Assembly: GCA_045046875.1 (NCBI GenBank)
Contig: JASFYY010000075.1
Coordinates: 1 to 29,260 of the forward strand
DNA: 29,260 bases
Direction: 5' to 3'
Source: Verrucomicrobiota bacterium
GTDB taxonomy: Bacteria; Verrucomicrobiota; Verrucomicrobiia; Verrucomicrobiales; DEV007
Shown here: positions 27,201 through 29,260 of the stretch, one piece after another
Position numbering within the stretch: the first letter of the stretch is position 1
Layout: every line of letters begins with the position of its first letter
Position numbers and translations under genes: made by a program
The notes under the pieces: generated by a model
Told to the model about the DNA's origin: nothing
What the model saw: the letters and a program-made list of their open reading frames with translations, nothing else
Databases searched by the model: none

Positions 27201-28115
27201 ATGAAGAGACGTAATTTTATCAAAACAGTGGCAGGGGTGGTAACGCCTGCTTGGATGGCAGCGGCGACAGCTAATGCGGCCGATGGTTTCAAGTTTAAAT
27301 ACATTGTGGGCTCATCGATGTTCGGTGAATTGCCACTATCAGAGATCCTGCCGTTGATGGCGGAAATGAAAACGCAGTATATCGATGTCTGGCCGCGCAG
27401 GCACGGCAATCAACGTGAGCAGATGGAGGAAATGGGGCATGATAAGTTTGCAGCGATGCTGAAACAAAATGGAGTGAAGCTCGGTTGCTCGACACGTTAC
27501 GATCTGGGGCCCTTTGGATTGCAGGATGAGATGAAGGTGGTGGCGAAGCTGGGTGGAAATTTGCTCGTTTGCGGTGGCAGTGGCCCGAAGAAGTTGAAGG
27601 GCGCTGAACTGAAAGCGGCGGTGAAGGTTTTTGCTGAAAAAATGAAACCCCAGATTGAGGCTGCAGAGAAGAATGGCGTGGTGATTGGGATGGAGAATCA
27701 CGGCAATAACATCATGGACTCGGCAGACTCGCTGAAGTGGTTTGTGGAGTTTACGGATTCAAAACATGCGGGCATTGCTTTGGCTCCCTACCATTTGGAA
27801 AGTCTGGGAATGGATTCGAATGCTTTGGCCAAGTTGATCGAAGATCTCGGTGATCGTATGGCAATGTTTTACGCCTGGCAGCACGGTATGGGTTGCATGA
27901 AAAAGATGCCTAAGGAGGAGGAATTGATGCAGATGCCGGGTCGCGGGCAACTTGATTTTGGCCCGATTGTTGCAGCTTTGAAGAAGACAAACTTCCAAGG
28001 TTATACGGAAATTTTCATGCACCCGACGCCGCGCGGAATTCCGATTTTGCCAACAGCTAAAGAGGTGGCGGACGAGATCAATAGGGCGCGAGTTCATTTG
28101 GAAAAATTGGTTTAA
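27201..28115 (+). CDS. Tat-exported sugar phosphate isomerase/epimerase-like TIM barrel (AP endonuclease 2 fold)
   Basis: Twin-arginine signal MKRRNFIK...ANA; AEKNGVVIGMENHG; PGRGQLDFGPIVAALKKTNFQGYTEI. Confidence 0.82.
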   Translation: MKRRNFIKTVAGVVTPAWMAAATANAADGFKFKYIVGSSMFGELPLSEILPLMAEMKTQYIDVWPRRHGNQREQMEEMGHDKFAAMLKQNGVKLGCSTRYDLGPFGLQDEMKVVAKLGGNLLVCGGSGPKKLKGAELKAAVKVFAEKMKPQIEAAEKNGVVIGMENHGNNIMDSADSLKWFVEFTDSKHAGIALAPYHLESLGMDSNALAKLIEDLGDRMAMFYAWQHGMGCMKKMPKEEELMQMPGRGQLDFGPIVAALKKTNFQGYTEIFMHPTPRGIPILPTAKEVADEINRARVHLEKLV

Positions 28116-28159
28116 CGAAGCCGTTTGGTAAATTAGGAAGAGAAATATATTTAAAAATT

Positions 28160-28726
28160 ATGAGTGGAAAAGTATTGATTATTATCGGTGACGCGACGGA
28201 AACCGTGGACACCTTGTATCCTTATTATCGATTGATTGAGGGGGGATTTGAGCCGGTGGTGGCAGCACCCGAGAAACGTCTGTATCAGATGGTGATGCAT
28301 GAGAATCGACCGGGTTGGACAATCACGAAAGAGTGGGAGGGGTATCAGATCCAGGCGGATGTGAACTTTGCTGAAATCGTGGCGGAAGATTATTTGGGCA
28401 TTTTTTTCAGTGGAGGGAGAGCGCCGGAGTATATCCGCGAGGATGAGGATCTGCTGAATGTGACGCGTCACTTTTTTGAAGAGAATAAACCGATCGCTTC
28501 GGTGTGTCATGGGGTGGAGATCCCTGCGCGCGCGGGTTGTGTGAAAGGACGAAAAATGGCGACGGTGCCGAAGTGTCAGTTTGACTTGGAGGTTTGCGGG
28601 GGGATTTTTGTCAACGAAGCTTGTGTGGTGGATGGCAACCTGGTGAGCGGTCGGACTTTCCACGATCACGGTCATTATATGGGGCCGTGGATGAAGTTGT
28701 TGGAAGAAGCTCGGAGAGAGAAATGA
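28160..28726 (+). CDS. DJ-1/PfpI family protein
   Basis: GDATETVDT, SGGRAPEYIR, nucleophile elbow ASVCHG, VVDGNLVSGR. Confidence 0.92.
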   Translation: MSGKVLIIIGDATETVDTLYPYYRLIEGGFEPVVAAPEKRLYQMVMHENRPGWTITKEWEGYQIQADVNFAEIVAEDYLGIFFSGGRAPEYIREDEDLLNVTRHFFEENKPIASVCHGVEIPARAGCVKGRKMATVPKCQFDLEVCGGIFVNEACVVDGNLVSGRTFHDHGHYMGPWMKLLEEARREK

Positions 28727-28736
28727 AAAGAGGGGT

Positions 28737-28814
28737 CCACTAAGGACACGAAGTTGCACGAAAGGGAAGATAGAAATAAGTGAATGATTTAGTGTTTCTT
28801 AGTGCGCTTGGTGG
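28737..28814. repeat. Imperfect 27-bp inverted repeat built from ~9-10-bp CACNAA units
   Basis: ccactaaggacacgaagttgcacgaaa (28737-28763) versus tttagtgtttcttagtgcgcttggtgg (28788-28814): 19/27 complementary, with every CAC.AA core paired; 24-bp purine-rich spacer. Confidence 0.7.
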
Positions 28815-28850
28815 AAGTATATCCCCTAGCTGATTGTGGATGAATGAGTG

Positions 28851-29260
28851 ATGAGTAAAATAAACATAAGGATTGCAGTATTTGTTTTGATGTTGGGTGG
28901 TGCGGCCGGGGTGTCGGCGCATCCGGCGCAGGCGGAGCCGGTGGATTATCCGCTGGTGGTGGGTTTTGAGCGTTTTTATTCGGTGGATGATGATGAGGAT
29001 TATTTGGCTGAGGGGGGGATGCTGCTACTGAATGAGTTGAACTGTGCGCGGTGTCATACGCCGCCGGAAAAATTGAAGACTCGATTGCAGGGCAGGCAGG
29101 CGACTAATTTGGAGGGGGTGGCTTCGCGGTTGGATGTTTTGGACATTGAACTGATGATTCGTAATCCGCGTTTTGTGAAACGCGGCACGATTATGCCGAG
29201 TTTGTTTGCCGGGCCGGATCGGGATTTGGGGGAGATCAAGGCGCTGAAGCATTATTTGGC
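28851..29260 (+). CDS. c-type cytochrome domain protein, 5' part (runs off window; absent from ORF track)
   Basis: Manual translation MSKINIRIAVFVLMLGGAAGVSAHPAQAEP...NELNCARCH...IRNPRFVKRGTIMPSLF...ALKHYL: signal peptide, CxxCH and candidate distal Met; no stop before the window end. Confidence 0.88.
   Translation, partial: MSKINIRIAVFVLMLGGAAGVSAHPAQAEPVDYPLVVGFERFYSVDDDEDYLAEGGMLLLNELNCARCHTPPEKLKTRLQGRQATNLEGVASRLDVLDIELMIRNPRFVKRGTIMPSLFAGPDRDLGEIKALKHYL

Overview
Bacterial chromosomal segment, most likely from a PVC-superphylum organism (Verrucomicrobia/Planctomycetes-like; inferred from a PVC-type CxxCH protein and several secreted sulfatases). The left ~10.3 kb is mostly housekeeping: leuB divergent from gcvT-gcvH-gcvP, a NUDT1-like Nudix hydrolase, a membrane-anchored Ig-like/FN3 surface protein, cinA and rsfS. 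The right ~19 kb is an accessory catabolic region: PQQ-type beta-propeller, HGSNAT/DUF5009-like membrane protein with an in-frame amber codon, DUF1648, EEP hydrolase, XylR-type regulator, three sulfatases, a PVC heme dehydrogenase-like protein, SGNH and CocE/NonD hydrolases, a Tat-exported TIM barrel, DJ-1/PfpI and a partial cytochrome c. Three things are not explained by the ORF track. (i) A 44-bp direct repeat (41/44 identical, decaying over ~40 more bp) occurs twice exactly 4300 bp apart. It brackets a sulfatase + heme-protein module, precedes two sulfatase genes, sits where the xylR start codon should be, and supplies the stop codon of the heme protein. (ii) A fossil TIGR02574-antitoxin/ParE-like toxin pair whose toxin is split by a 286-bp MITE-like element with a 9-bp target duplication and an internal REP-like doublet. 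(iii) A sulfatase lacking the canonical CxPxR arginine. No rRNA, tRNA, CRISPR array, integrase or intact transposase was seen. All family assignments come from motif recognition, not database searches.
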